This document shows, piece after piece, positions 52,714 to 62,998 of a stretch of 64,000 bases of DNA. Positions within the stretch are counted from its first letter, which is position 1. Every line of letters begins with the position of its first letter. This stretch comes from Nannocystaceae bacterium ST9 (lineage in GTDB: Bacteria > Myxococcota_A > Polyangia > Nannocystales > Nannocystaceae). A model generated the notes under the pieces. It made no database searches, was not told the DNA's origin, and saw only the letters and a list, made by a program, of their open reading frames with translations. Both the position numbers and the translations under genes were made by a program. The stretch lies in contig JBLWFJ010000001.1 in NCBI GenBank assembly GCA_048320885.1, positions 5,569,697-5,633,696 on the forward strand, in the 5' to 3' direction.

Positions 52714-53499
52714 ATGCGCGAGGCGATCGGCGAGCGAGCGCGGGCCGGGCTCGACGAGCTGGTCGCTCGCTGCGGCGCGGCGCTCGAGCTGCGCGAGCGC
52801 GAGCCGGGGTTCGAGGTGGTGGTCGTCGGTGGCACGCCGGTGCGCCTGACGATCGGCGAGCGGACGATCGAGGTCGAGTTCGCCGGCTGGGTCGAGTCGC
52901 TCGCGCTCGACGACGACGAAGAGGAGAAGGACGAAGCGATCGCGCTGGCGCTCGACTTCGTGGCCGCGGCGGTGTTCGGCGAGCTGCGAGTCACGCTGGG
53001 CGAGCGTGGCCGCGAGGTCGTGCAGCGCAAGCTCGAGGTCCGCGTCGACGAGTGCTGGCGCCTGCATGGCACCCGCGGTCGGCGAGGTCTGGCCGGGCTG
53101 CTCGGTCGCGTCGACACCCGAGTGATCGGCAATCGCGTCGCGCGGCCGAGCTCGCTGCGCGAGCCGAGCCCGACCGGTCGGCCACGGGCGCCCTGGGCCG
53201 GCGCGGGCGGGTTCGCGTGGGTGCCCGCCGGGGCGGACGCCAAGCCGCTGGTGATCGACGGCGAGCTCGACCTCCACGACTTTCCCCCGCGCGAGGTCGG
53301 GGCGCTGGTCCGCGAGTACATCGAGCAGTGTCGGGCGCGAGGCATTCGCGATCTGCGGATCGTCCACGGCAAGGGGATCGGCGCGCTGCGTCGGACCGTG
53401 CACGCGCTGCTGGCCGAGCACCCCGACGTCGAGCGCTGGCGGCTCGGTGGGCTGGGCGAGGGCGGCTGGGGGGCGACGATCGTTCGCCTGCGCGCGTGA
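52714..53499 (+). CDS. Smr domain-containing protein (C-terminal Smr: LDLHDF…IVHGKGIGALRRTVHALL)
   Basis: ORF 52714..53499. Confidence 0.75.
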   Translation: MREAIGERARAGLDELVARCGAALELREREPGFEVVVVGGTPVRLTIGERTIEVEFAGWVESLALDDDEEEKDEAIALALDFVAAAVFGELRVTLGERGREVVQRKLEVRVDECWRLHGTRGRRGLAGLLGRVDTRVIGNRVARPSSLREPSPTGRPRAPWAGAGGFAWVPAGADAKPLVIDGELDLHDFPPREVGALVREYIEQCRARGIRDLRIVHGKGIGALRRTVHALLAEHPDVERWRLGGLGEGGWGATIVRLRA

Positions 53500-53512
53500 G
53501 CGACTCGCCGCG

Positions 53513-54325
53513 CTACTTGCCGAGCAGGCGATGCTGGGCCCACGCGACCGCGCGCGGCGGGATGCTCGGGTAGGCGCGCTTGAGCAGGTCGGTGAGCACC
53601 GCCTCGCGGGTGATGATCACCCGCGACTTGCGATACTTGATGCCCTGGACGATCTGCCGGGCGGCCTGCTCGGGCGGCATCGCGAAGCGCTCGAACCACT
53701 TCACGGTCTTGGCCTGCTTGCCGGTGTCGAGGAAGCGGCCGCTGCGGACGATGTTGGTCGCGATCCCGCCGGGGTGGACGCTGATCACGTCGACGTCGTG
53801 GTGGACGAGCTCGGCGGCGAGCGACTCGGAGAAGCCGCGCACGGCGAACTTGGTCGCGCAGTACGAGCTCTGGGTCGGCAGGCCGATCAGCCCGAACATG
53901 CTCGACAGGTTGACGATCGTCGCGCCGCCGGCTCGCTGGAGGTGGGGCAGGAAGAACTTGCAGCCGTAGACCACGCCCCAGAAGTTGATCCCGACGATCC
54001 ACTCGAAGTCTTCGAGCGTCTGGTCGGCGAGCGGGGCGGTGACCGAGACGCCGGCGTTGTTGATCAGCACGTGGACGTCGCCGTGCTCGGCCACGACCTC
54101 GTCGGCGAACGCCTGCATGCGGGCCTTGTCGGCGACGTCGACGATGTGGGTGGTGACCGTGCGGTGCAGCTCGCGGATCTGCGCGGCGGTCTCGGCCATG
54201 CCGACCTCGTCGACGTCGGCGAGCGCGAGATCGCAGCCCTCGCGGGCGAGCAGGATGGCGGTCGCGCGACCGATGCCGCTGGCGGATCCGGTGACGACGG
54301 CGACGCGGTCGGCGAGCTTGCGCAT
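53513..54325 (-). CDS. SDR family oxidoreductase (TGSASGIGRA NAD(P)-binding motif; YxxxK)
   Basis: ORF 53513..54325. Confidence 0.85.
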   Translation of the reverse strand: MRKLADRVAVVTGSASGIGRATAILLAREGCDLALADVDEVGMAETAAQIRELHRTVTTHIVDVADKARMQAFADEVVAEHGDVHVLINNAGVSVTAPLADQTLEDFEWIVGINFWGVVYGCKFFLPHLQRAGGATIVNLSSMFGLIGLPTQSSYCATKFAVRGFSESLAAELVHHDVDVISVHPGGIATNIVRSGRFLDTGKQAKTVKWFERFAMPPEQAARQIVQGIKYRKSRVIITREAVLTDLLKRAYPSIPPRAVAWAQHRLLGK

Positions 54326-54356
54326 GCCGATTGCTACGCCGCCGCGCCGGTCAGGG

Positions 54357-55139
54357 TCAAGTCGGGCGCCAGCGCTCGAGCTCGGCTCGGGCTCGCTCGA
54401 CCAAGACCTGGACGTCGGCGCGCAGCGACTCGGCGAGCTCGGCGGTCTTGCCGGTCGGCGCTCGGCTCTCGCCGACGACCATCACCACCGGCGTGCGCGG
54501 TCGGGCGGCGACGTGCTTGGCGTGCTCGACGAAGCTGTCCTCGACGTACTCGTAGCCGGGCGGGTAGGCGAGCCCGACCGGCAGCAGCTCGACCTCGAGG
54601 CGCCGGCAGGCCACGAACGCGCCGGCGTTGAAGGGCCGGACCTCGTCGCCGCTGAAGGTGGTGCCCTCGGGGAACACGGTGATCGTTCGGCCGCGCTCGA
54701 GCTGATCGCGGATCGATCGGATCGCCTGCGCGCCGCTGTGCGAGGACTCGCGATCGACGAAGATCGTCTGGGCCTTCTGGGCGGCCAGGCCGAGCAGCGG
54801 CCAGGCCTCCATGTCGCCGCGGGCCAGCACCGAGCCGCCGAATTGCGTGAGCAGGATCGGGATGTCGAGCGCCGAGCGATGGTTGGCGACGACCATGCGA
54901 GCGCCGCGAGCCGGCGCCGGCAGGCCGGGCACGATCCGCAGATCGACGCCGAGCATGCGCTGCAGCCCGCCCGTCCAGGTCCGCATGTATCGCTCGAAGA
55001 TCGGCTCTTGCCCGCGGCCGCCCGCGAGCTTGCGATCGATCGCCTTGTGCGACTCGACGGCGGCCAGCATCGCCGCGGTCCAGCCGATCGTCGCGACCCC
55101 GCGGGTCGCCTGCAACACTCGGTCTTTCAGCTCGCTCAC
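54357..55139 (-). CDS. 1-acyl-sn-glycerol-3-phosphate acyltransferase family (PlsC-like; NHRSALD and FPEGTT motifs)
   Basis: Real part of ORF 54357..55505 from GTG 55139 (VSELKDRVLQ…). Confidence 0.8.
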   Translation of the reverse strand: MSELKDRVLQATRGVATIGWTAAMLAAVESHKAIDRKLAGGRGQEPIFERYMRTWTGGLQRMLGVDLRIVPGLPAPARGARMVVANHRSALDIPILLTQFGGSVLARGDMEAWPLLGLAAQKAQTIFVDRESSHSGAQAIRSIRDQLERGRTITVFPEGTTFSGDEVRPFNAGAFVACRRLEVELLPVGLAYPPGYEYVEDSFVEHAKHVAARPRTPVVMVVGESRAPTGKTAELAESLRADVQVLVERARAELERWRPT

Positions 55140-55570
55140 TCGACCTCCCGGACCTCGACGTCCTCGACGTCGAGGTAGATCGCGATCTCGTCGGCGCGGA
55201 TGCACAGCTCGAGCGCGTCGGTGCAGAACGCCGCGTGGCCGGCCGCGAACACCTCGGCTCGGACTTCGGCGGCGCGGGCCCGGGCGACGTGGAGCACGTC
55301 GAGGTCGGGCCACGCGAAGGGATAGCCGAGCAGCAGGGCGGCGCCGATCGACTTGGCTTCGGCCTCGGCCCGCGCGGCGTCGAGCCAGAAGATCGGGGCC
55401 GGGTCGCCGCTCGGGGCTCGCCGCTCCCACCAGCGTCGACCCTGGTCGAGCGAGGCGGGCAGCCACACCCGCGCGAGCGCCAGCGTGCGGTGGCCGGTGA
55501 ACCACTCGGGGTGGTCCTTCAGGGCGACCAGGTCACCCTCGAACGCGCGCGAGAATCGTTCGTCGCTCAC
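55136..55570 (-). CDS. Hypothetical protein (144 aa)
   Basis: ORF 55136..55570; overlaps plsC-like start by 4 bp (coupled). Confidence 0.55.
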   Translation of the reverse strand: MSDERFSRAFEGDLVALKDHPEWFTGHRTLALARVWLPASLDQGRRWWERRAPSGDPAPIFWLDAARAEAEAKSIGAALLLGYPFAWPDLDVLHVARARAAEVRAEVFAAGHAAFCTDALELCIRADEIAIYLDVEDVEVREVE

Positions 55571-55577
55571 TCGGCCC

Positions 55578-56687
55578 TCACTTCGAGTACTGGACCGCGA
55601 CGATGATGCCGACGATCACCAGCACGACCGCGATCACGGCCAAGGTGATCTTGATCGCGCTCCAGGGCCGCTCGCCGCTGATCTCGCCGTTCTGCGCGTT
55701 GACGATCACCCGAAACACGCGATCGTGATAGCGAAAGCTCGACAGCCAGATCGGCAGCAGGAACAGCTTGAAGGTGACCTTGTCGTACTCGGTCGTCTTC
55801 CACGAGATCCGCTGCTCGTCGCCGCCGATGTCGCTGCGGATCTCTTGGTCGATCCGCGGCTCGTTCTTCTGCTTGGCGAGCGCGAAGCCGTCGCGCAGAT
55901 CGACGACCGCCCGCTCGGCCATGAACCCGCTGAGGAACGCCGGCTCGAACTGGCGCAGCTCGGCCAGGTTCCAGGGCTCGAGCCCGTCGATCAGCGGAGC
56001 CGGCAGCGACTTGGACGCGCAGACCAGCGTGTCGTCGAAGTGCACGTGCACGGTGCCCGAGGCGGAGTGCCAGCGAGTCTTGCGAACCTGGCGAGTCTGC
56101 CGCTTGCCCTCGGAGTCGGTGTAGTGCTCGGTCTCGTAGTAGTACTCGCCCCGCTCGCCGCGGTAGCGAGTCTCGGTCGCCGAGTCGTAGGTGTAGTAGG
56201 GCAGGTAGACGCCGTCGAGCTTGGCTCGCTGGGCTCGCTCGGCCAGATCGTTGGGCGCGAACCAACGGCTGGCCATCCACGCCTTGAACTTCTCGCCCGC
56301 GACGCGTCCGTCGATCTTGAAGGGCATCAGGCTGTCGGGGACGATCGTGTCGCGATCCTGCTCGACCGGGGCGACCAGCGGCGAGTCGCAAAACGGGCAG
56401 GCCGAGGCGTGGCCGGCCAGCAGCGTGACCGCGCCGCAGCCCTTGCACTGGATCTCGTGACCGCCCGCGCTCAGCGAGCTGGCCGGCTTCATCACCAGCT
56501 CGCGCAGCGCCTGATCGAACGAGCGCTCGGCGACCGGCGCGGCGGGCCCGGCGATGGCCTGCTGCGCGCCACAGTAGGGGCAGGTCAAGGCCGTGGTGCC
56601 GGGCGCGAAGTGGAGCTTGGCACCACAGGATTGACAGGGAAACTCGGCCTGGCTGGTGCCCGGGTCCATCGCGCGATCAGGGTACAC
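55578..56687 (-). CDS. Double zinc-ribbon domain protein with C-terminal transmembrane anchor (CQSCGAKL…CPYCGA; CKGCGAV…CPFCDS)
   Basis: ORF 55578..56687 (alt start Met at 56669). Confidence 0.65.
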   Translation of the reverse strand: MYPDRAMDPGTSQAEFPCQSCGAKLHFAPGTTALTCPYCGAQQAIAGPAAPVAERSFDQALRELVMKPASSLSAGGHEIQCKGCGAVTLLAGHASACPFCDSPLVAPVEQDRDTIVPDSLMPFKIDGRVAGEKFKAWMASRWFAPNDLAERAQRAKLDGVYLPYYTYDSATETRYRGERGEYYYETEHYTDSEGKRQTRQVRKTRWHSASGTVHVHFDDTLVCASKSLPAPLIDGLEPWNLAELRQFEPAFLSGFMAERAVVDLRDGFALAKQKNEPRIDQEIRSDIGGDEQRISWKTTEYDKVTFKLFLLPIWLSSFRYHDRVFRVIVNAQNGEISGERPWSAIKITLAVIAVVLVIVGIIVAVQYSK

Positions 56688-56719
56688 GAATTGCCGCCTG
56701 GACTGTGTTACACGGGGGC

Positions 56720-57631
56720 ATGGACGACCTCGCGTACTTCCCTTCGGGGACCGAGACCTTCGTCGGCTGCCTGTTTTCGGGGCTGCGCGTGCGCTGGTAC
56801 GAGCGCGGGCCGATCGCCGCTCCGACCGTGCTGTGTCTGCATGGGTTCCCCGAGCTCGCGGTCAGCTGGCGCGAGCAGATGCTCGCGCTGAGCGACAGCT
56901 ACCGAGTGGTCGCGCCCGACATGCGTGGCTACGGCGGGACCGAGGCGCCCACGCGGATCCGCGACTACGATCTCGACCTGCTGGTCCGCGACGTGGTCGA
57001 GCTGATCGACGCGCTCGGCGTCGACAAGGTCCACCTCGTCGGCCACGACTGGGGGGCCGCGGTCGCCTGGGAGGTCGCGCAGCGGCACGGTGATCGCCTG
57101 CACACGCTCTCGGTGCTCAACTGCCCGCCCATGCAGGTGATGCTGCGTGGGCTGCTGCGGCCCGAGCAGCTCCGGCGCAGCTGGTACTTCGCGTTCTTCC
57201 AGCTGCCCTTCTTGCCCGAGCGCATGCTGACCCGCGATCCCGAGGGCGTGGTTCGGCGAGTGTTTCGCGGCAGCGCCCGCAACGTCGAGCCCTTCACCAG
57301 CGAGCACATGGAGCCCTACGTCCGGCAGATCCGCGAGCGCGGGCTGCCGGGCATCAACTACTACCGCGCGGGCCTGCTGCATCGCCCGCGTCGGCTGAAG
57401 CGGATCCACGTGCCGACCCGCTTGATCTGGGGCCTGCGCGACGCGGCGCTCGGGCCTTGGTTCGCGGACCCGCAGCTCTACCTGCCCTTCGTCGAGCACT
57501 TCGATCGCGTGCTGATCGAAGAGGCCGGGCACTGGGTTCAGCAGGAGGCGGCCGACGAGGTCAACCGAGCGCTGCGCGACCACTTCGAACGCGTCGACGT
57601 GCCCGTGCGGGCGGAGGCCGAGAGCGCATGA
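56720..57631 (+). CDS. Alpha/beta hydrolase (epoxide hydrolase-like; HGFPE, GHDWG nucleophile motif)
   Basis: ORF 56705..57631; ATG 56720 (alt GTG 56705). Confidence 0.8.
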   Translation: MDDLAYFPSGTETFVGCLFSGLRVRWYERGPIAAPTVLCLHGFPELAVSWREQMLALSDSYRVVAPDMRGYGGTEAPTRIRDYDLDLLVRDVVELIDALGVDKVHLVGHDWGAAVAWEVAQRHGDRLHTLSVLNCPPMQVMLRGLLRPEQLRRSWYFAFFQLPFLPERMLTRDPEGVVRRVFRGSARNVEPFTSEHMEPYVRQIRERGLPGINYYRAGLLHRPRRLKRIHVPTRLIWGLRDAALGPWFADPQLYLPFVEHFDRVLIEEAGHWVQQEAADEVNRALRDHFERVDVPVRAEAESA

Positions 57632-58377
57632 TCGTCGTCGGCGCGGGACGGATCGGAACGGCGCTGCATCGGCTCGACCCCGACGCGATCGCGCTGATCG
57701 ATCGCACGCATGGTTGGGAGCGACTCGCCGGTGAGCCGGGCGAGCCGATCCTGATCACCGTGCGCAACGATGATCTCGACGTCGTGCTCGCGCGCGTGCC
57801 CGCGGCGCGCCGCGGCGATCTGGTGTTCGTGCAAAACGGCATGCTGCGGCCCTGGCTGGCCGAGCAGGGCCTGGCGGGGGCGACCCGCGGGCTGCTCTTC
57901 CTGGCGGTGGTCAAGCGCGGCGACTCCATCACGCCCGGTGGGGTCAGTCCCTTTTGTGGTCCGCACGCGGCCGCGATCGTCGAGACACTGACCCGCTTCG
58001 ACGTGCCGGCCGAGGTCGTCGGGCCCGCCCGCTTCGTGGCGATCGAGCTCGAGAAGCTGATCTGGAACTGCGCGTTCGGGCTCTGCTGCGAGGTGTTCGA
58101 CTTTCGGGTCGGTGAGGTCGTCGAGCGGCGGGCCGACGAGCTGCGCGGGCTGGTCCGCGAGCTGCTCGCGGTCGGCGAGCGGGTGTTCGACGTGACGCTC
58201 GAGCTCGATCCGCTCTTCGAGCGGCTCTGCGACTACAGCCGATCGATCGCGGACTACCGCGGCGCGGTCAAGGAGTGGCGCTGGCGAAACGGGGCGTTCG
58301 TGGTCGCGGCCAGGCAGCAGGGGATCGCCACGCCGATCCACGATCGAATGCTGCGGGCGACCGGACACCTGGCATGA
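57628..58377 (+). CDS. NAD(P)-binding ketopantoate-reductase-like (ApbA/PanE N-terminal-like) protein
   Basis: Real part of ORF 57457..58377 from ATG 57628 (MIVVGAGRIGTAL), ATGA overlap with upstream stop. Confidence 0.6.
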   Translation: MIVVGAGRIGTALHRLDPDAIALIDRTHGWERLAGEPGEPILITVRNDDLDVVLARVPAARRGDLVFVQNGMLRPWLAEQGLAGATRGLLFLAVVKRGDSITPGGVSPFCGPHAAAIVETLTRFDVPAEVVGPARFVAIELEKLIWNCAFGLCCEVFDFRVGEVVERRADELRGLVRELLAVGERVFDVTLELDPLFERLCDYSRSIADYRGAVKEWRWRNGAFVVAARQQGIATPIHDRMLRATGHLA

Positions 58378-59012
58378 CATGCATGACCGGCCTGCTGCTC
58401 GCCTACTCGCTCGCGCTGATCGTCAACCTGCTCGGCCACGCCCGGCACGAGCGAGCGCTGACGGTGGTCGGCAAGCTCGGCGGGTCGACGATCTTCTTGA
58501 TCATCGCGCTGCGCGGCGGAGTGCTCGCGCACGAGTGGGGTCGCTGGATGTTCGTCGGGCTCTGCTGCGGATGGATCGGTGACGCGTGCCTGCTCGGCAA
58601 GCATCGCCGCTCGTTCGTCGCCGGGCTCGCGGCGTTCTTGCTCGGTCACCTCGCCTACGCGACCGCGTTCGTCGTGCATGGGATCGAGCTCGCCTTCGCG
58701 GCGCTGGCCCTGGCCTTGCTGGTGATCCCGGGCGTGCTGGTCACTCGCTGGCTGGTTCCGCACGTGCCCGAGCGGCTGCGCGTCCCGGTTCGAATCTACT
58801 TGGCCACGATCAGCATGATGGTCGCGCTCGCGTGTGCGGCCTGGCAGGCGGGCGCGCCCGCGTCGGTGTTCGTCGGCGCGCTGGCGTTCTATGCCTCGGA
58901 TCTCTCGGTCGCGCGCGAGCGCTTCGTGACCAAGCAGCTCGCCAACCGACTCTGGGGACTGCCTGCCTACTATCTCGGGCAGCTCCTGCTGGCGATCGGG
59001 GCTCGAGCGTGA
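58374..59012 (+). CDS. YhhN/lysoplasmalogenase family membrane protein
   Basis: Real part of ORF 58275..59012 from ATG 58374 (ATGA overlap). Confidence 0.7.
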   Translation: MTCMTGLLLAYSLALIVNLLGHARHERALTVVGKLGGSTIFLIIALRGGVLAHEWGRWMFVGLCCGWIGDACLLGKHRRSFVAGLAAFLLGHLAYATAFVVHGIELAFAALALALLVIPGVLVTRWLVPHVPERLRVPVRIYLATISMMVALACAAWQAGAPASVFVGALAFYASDLSVARERFVTKQLANRLWGLPAYYLGQLLLAIGARA

Positions 59013-59203
59013 TCCGACACCCGCCCGGCGCGCCGGGCTCCGCGACGTGAGCCCGGTCAACGCAGCAGCGTAGAAGCGCCCGAGTCGGCGGCGAGCCATG
59101 TGCGATCTGCTGCTGTACAGGCGCGTCGTGTTGCTCGGCGGCGGGAAAACTCGCAACCTCGACAGCCCGCCAGCTGGCGGCCGAGACGACCTTGCCCAAT
59201 CGG

Positions 59204-60838
59204 ATGGACTCGCCCCCCGCCGCACTCTGGACGACCGAGGCCCTCGACGCAGACCGCGTTTGGGAGGGTCGAACGGCGATCTTCGAGAGCGTCCGCGATC
59301 ACTGGCTCGCACGCAGCTCGGGGCCCTCGGGCGAGCCCGAGCTGGTCTTGCCCGACGACGATCGGCACCGCAACGGCGGGCTGCGCTGGGCCGCCGGGGC
59401 GCTCGACGGCGTGATGGGTCACCACGCGCCGGCCGAGGACGAGCGGCTGCGGGCCAAGCAGATCGTCAAGGCGCTGCGCGATCTGATGAGCGAGGCGACG
59501 CCCGAGAACCTCGCCCACCTGACTCGCCTGCTGATCCGCGCGCCGGTGCTCGGCGTGCTCGACGAGGTGTTGGCCGAGCTGGTCGCGTCGGGCGATCTCG
59601 ATCCCGATCGCTTCCACGAGCTCGCGATGTTGCTGGTCTCGCGCGCGCCCGACCGCGAGATCGTCAAGCTCGGGATCAGCATGCTCGGCGTGCTGGTCGG
59701 GGCCGACGAGCGCGAGACCCTGCTGACCATCGGCGCGCACGAGGAGTTCACGCTCTACGCCGCGGTCGCGCTGGCCAGCACGCTCGACGAGCCCGATCAC
59801 GCGCTGTGGACCCTGGCCAAGCGCGTGCGCGGCTGGGGTCGGATCCACGCGGTCGAGCGGCTGTCCGAGACCCAAGAGCCCGAGATCAAGGCCTGGCTGC
59901 TGCGCGAGGGGTTCGGCAACGACGTGATGGACGAGTACCTCGCCCACACCTGCGCGGTCGCGGGCGACCTCGCGGGCGCGCTCGAGGCCGACATCGTCGA
60001 CGAGGCCCTGCTCGACGGCGCGGCCGGGATCCTCGGCGCGCTGCTCAACGGCGGGCCGGCCGAGGACATCGAGGACTATGAGCAGGCCCCGCGCGCGGCC
60101 GAGGCCTACCTGCGCCACCTGGTTCGCCGGCCCGAGCATCGCTCGCTCGATCTGCGTCACCTGCTGGTCGCCGAGCAGCTGCGCGAGTTCATCGGCCCGG
60201 CCCGCGACGAGCTCGAGGACGACGACACCCTGCGCGAGCTCGGCTGGGACCTCGAGCGTCGCGCTCGCGTGCTCGAGATGTGCGAGCGCGTGGCCCAGCG
60301 ACCCGAGTGGCCGGCCCAGGTCCGCGAGGGCCTCGAGGCGCCCGACCTCGGGCGCTTCCACCAGGCCGACGCCGCCGCGCAGATGCTCGGCATCGACGCC
60401 TGGGAGCACCACCTGCGTCGGATCGAACAGAGCCCGCGCAACTCGCCTTCGTGGTTTCGCCTGGTTCAGACCGAGGACGACGAGCGCTTCGAGCACGTGC
60501 TCGCGCTGGCCGAGCGGCTGCTGCCGCTCGACGAGGTCGCGACCGGGGCCGCCGAAGAGACCGGGCTCGGGCCCGAGTTCGACGTCCACGACACGCTGCT
60601 CGTGCTCGTGCACGGCCTGGTCGACAAGCCGGGCGTCGGTCAGCGATTGATCGACGTCGCGCTGCGCAGCCCGGTGATCCGGGTTCGTCGCGGCGCGCTG
60701 CGGGTGCTGGCGGCGTGGGGCGACAAGGCCAGCGAGGCCGACCGCGCGCTGTTGGTCGCGGCCCTGGCGGTCGAGCCCGACGAAGAGCTGGCCTCGGACA
60801 TGCGCAAGGTCTTGGCCGGCCAGCGACTCACGGAGTGA
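59204..60838 (+). CDS. Hypothetical alpha-helical protein (544 aa)
   Basis: ORF 59192..60838 from ATG 59204; excellent GC3 codon bias; the 1284-aa minus ORF 59057..62911 is its mirror artefact. Confidence 0.7.
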   Translation: MDSPPAALWTTEALDADRVWEGRTAIFESVRDHWLARSSGPSGEPELVLPDDDRHRNGGLRWAAGALDGVMGHHAPAEDERLRAKQIVKALRDLMSEATPENLAHLTRLLIRAPVLGVLDEVLAELVASGDLDPDRFHELAMLLVSRAPDREIVKLGISMLGVLVGADERETLLTIGAHEEFTLYAAVALASTLDEPDHALWTLAKRVRGWGRIHAVERLSETQEPEIKAWLLREGFGNDVMDEYLAHTCAVAGDLAGALEADIVDEALLDGAAGILGALLNGGPAEDIEDYEQAPRAAEAYLRHLVRRPEHRSLDLRHLLVAEQLREFIGPARDELEDDDTLRELGWDLERRARVLEMCERVAQRPEWPAQVREGLEAPDLGRFHQADAAAQMLGIDAWEHHLRRIEQSPRNSPSWFRLVQTEDDERFEHVLALAERLLPLDEVATGAAEETGLGPEFDVHDTLLVLVHGLVDKPGVGQRLIDVALRSPVIRVRRGALRVLAAWGDKASEADRALLVAALAVEPDEELASDMRKVLAGQRLTE

Positions 60839-60841
60839 CGC

Positions 60842-62998
60842 GTGCGACATCGACAGCTGCCGAACTGCCTGGTCCTCGCATTGCTCGGCTGCCCGGTACT
60901 CGGCGGCTGTCCGGCGCGCGGCACCGATACCCCCGAAGCCGCGCTGCCCGAGCCGCCGATCGCCAAGATCGTCCCGCACCTGCTCGCGCTGCATGGTGAC
61001 GAGCGCGTCGACGACTATTACTGGCTGCGCGAGCGCGAGGACCCCGAGGTCGTCGCCTACCTCGAGGCCGAGAACGCCTACACCGCGGCGATGACTGCCC
61101 ACACGGCGCCGCTGCGGGCCGAGCTCGAGCGCGAGATGGCCGGGCGGATCGAGCAGGACGACTCGTCGCTGCCTTACCGCGAGCGCGACTTCCTCTACTA
61201 CGCGCGCTGGCAGCAGGGCGGCGACTACCCGATCCTCGCGCGTCGGCCTCTCGACGCCGAGGGGGGCGAAGCCGGCGAGCAGGTGCTGCTCGACATCGAC
61301 GCGCTCGCCCAGGGTCACGACTACTTCGAGACCGGCGGCGTCGACCTCAGCGAGAACCAGCAGTTGCTCGCCTACGCGAGCGACACGCTCGGCCGGCGGA
61401 TCTACACGATCGAGTTCGTCGATCTGCGCAGCGGCGAGCGGCTGGCCGATCGGATCCCCGAGGTGTCGGGCGAGCTGGTCTGGGCCAACGACGACCGCAC
61501 GCTCTACTACGTCCGCCAAGATCCGGTCACGCTGCGCGACCACCAGGTGCTCCGCCACACGCTCGGCGAGGACCCGGCCGACGACGAGCTGGTCTACGCC
61601 GAGCCCGACGAGACCTTCGACCTCGATCTGTGGAAGACCAAGTCGCGTCGCTTCGTGATCGTCGAGTCGTCGCAGACGCTCGCGACCGAGGTTCGGCTGC
61701 TCGACGCGAGCGATCCGAACGCGACGGCGCGGGTGTTTCAGCCGCGCGAGCGCGGGCTCGAGTACGACGTCGATCACCTCGGCGATCGCTTCTACGTGCG
61801 GACCAACCTCGACGCGGTCAACTTTCGCCTGATGCAGACGCCGCTCGACGCGACCGGCAAGGCCAACTGGCGCGAGGTCGTCGGCCATGATCCTGCCGCG
61901 CTCTTCGAGGGCTTCGAAGTGTTCGCCGGCCACCTGGTGCTCCGCCAGCGGCGGGCCGGGTTGATCGAGCTCGACGTGCGCCCGCTCGACGGCAGCGAGC
62001 CGCACACGATCGACTTCGGCGAGCCGGCCTACGTCGCGTGGATCTCCGACAACCCCGAGCTCGACTCGACCACCCTGCGCTTCGGCTACGCGTCGTTGAC
62101 CACGCCCGACTCGATCTTCGACTACGACCTGGCGACCCGGCAAAAGACCCTGCGCAAGCAGACCAAGGTGCTCGGGGGCTTCGACGCCGACGCCTACGTG
62201 ACCGAGCGGCTGAGCGCGCCGGCGCCCGACGGCGCGATGGTGCCGATCTCGCTGGTCCGCCGACGCGACACGCCGGTCGACGGCACGGCGCCGCTGCTGC
62301 TCGACGGCTACGGGGCCTACGGCAGCAGCATCGACGCCGAGTTCGACGGCGAGCTGATCAGCCTGCTCGATCGCGGCTTCGTCTACGCGATCGCCCACGT
62401 GCGCGGCGGCGAGGAGCTCGGTCGGGCCTGGTACGAGGGCGGCAAGCTGCTGAACAAGCGCAACACCTTCGCCGACTTCATCGCCTGCGCCGAGCACCTG
62501 ATCGCCGAGCGCCACGCCGATCCCGAGCGAGTGTTCGCGACCGGCGGCAGCGCGGGCGGCCTGCTGATCGGCGCGGTCGTCAACATCCGCCCCGATCTGT
62601 TCGCCGGGGCGATCGCGGCGGTGCCTTTCGTCGACGTGGTCACGACCATGCTCGACGAGTCGATCCCGCTCACGACCTTCGAGTGGGACGAGTGGGGCAA
62701 CCCCAGCGACCCGAACTACTACGAGTACATGCTCTCGTACTCGCCCTACGACAACGTCGCGGCCCGCGACTATCCGGCCCTGCTGGTCACCGCCGGGTTC
62801 CACGACTCGCAGGTCCAGTATTGGGAGCCGGCCAAGTGGGTGGCCAAGCTGCGCGCGAACAAGACCGACGACAATCCGCTGCTGCTGCGGACGGACATGA
62901 GCGCGGGCCATGGCGGGCAGGCGGGCCGGCTCGAGAGCCTCGAGCAGACCGCGTTCGAATACGCGTTCCTGCTCGATCTCGCGGGTCGCTCGCGATGA
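60842..62998 (+). CDS. ptrB: S9 family serine peptidase, oligopeptidase B/prolyl oligopeptidase-like (GGSAGG nucleophile), lipoprotein-type signal
   Basis: ORF 60842..62998; GTG start 60842; S9 catalytic region (…FATGGSAGGLLIGAV… HVRGGEELG…). Confidence 0.85.
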   Translation: MRHRQLPNCLVLALLGCPVLGGCPARGTDTPEAALPEPPIAKIVPHLLALHGDERVDDYYWLREREDPEVVAYLEAENAYTAAMTAHTAPLRAELEREMAGRIEQDDSSLPYRERDFLYYARWQQGGDYPILARRPLDAEGGEAGEQVLLDIDALAQGHDYFETGGVDLSENQQLLAYASDTLGRRIYTIEFVDLRSGERLADRIPEVSGELVWANDDRTLYYVRQDPVTLRDHQVLRHTLGEDPADDELVYAEPDETFDLDLWKTKSRRFVIVESSQTLATEVRLLDASDPNATARVFQPRERGLEYDVDHLGDRFYVRTNLDAVNFRLMQTPLDATGKANWREVVGHDPAALFEGFEVFAGHLVLRQRRAGLIELDVRPLDGSEPHTIDFGEPAYVAWISDNPELDSTTLRFGYASLTTPDSIFDYDLATRQKTLRKQTKVLGGFDADAYVTERLSAPAPDGAMVPISLVRRRDTPVDGTAPLLLDGYGAYGSSIDAEFDGELISLLDRGFVYAIAHVRGGEELGRAWYEGGKLLNKRNTFADFIACAEHLIAERHADPERVFATGGSAGGLLIGAVVNIRPDLFAGAIAAVPFVDVVTTMLDESIPLTTFEWDEWGNPSDPNYYEYMLSYSPYDNVAARDYPALLVTAGFHDSQVQYWEPAKWVAKLRANKTDDNPLLLRTDMSAGHGGQAGRLESLEQTAFEYAFLLDLAGRSR

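Noticed and set aside
59013-59060. GC-rich palindrome cccgcccggcgcgccgggc after the YhhN gene as a terminator
   Set aside because: No U-tract follows; could be an intrinsic terminator in a high-GC organism but evidence is too weak to call
59057-62911. 1284-aa minus ORF across the hypothetical-protein and oligopeptidase B genes
   Set aside because: Antisense mirror; + strand frames have correct codon bias and recognisable S9 peptidase motifs
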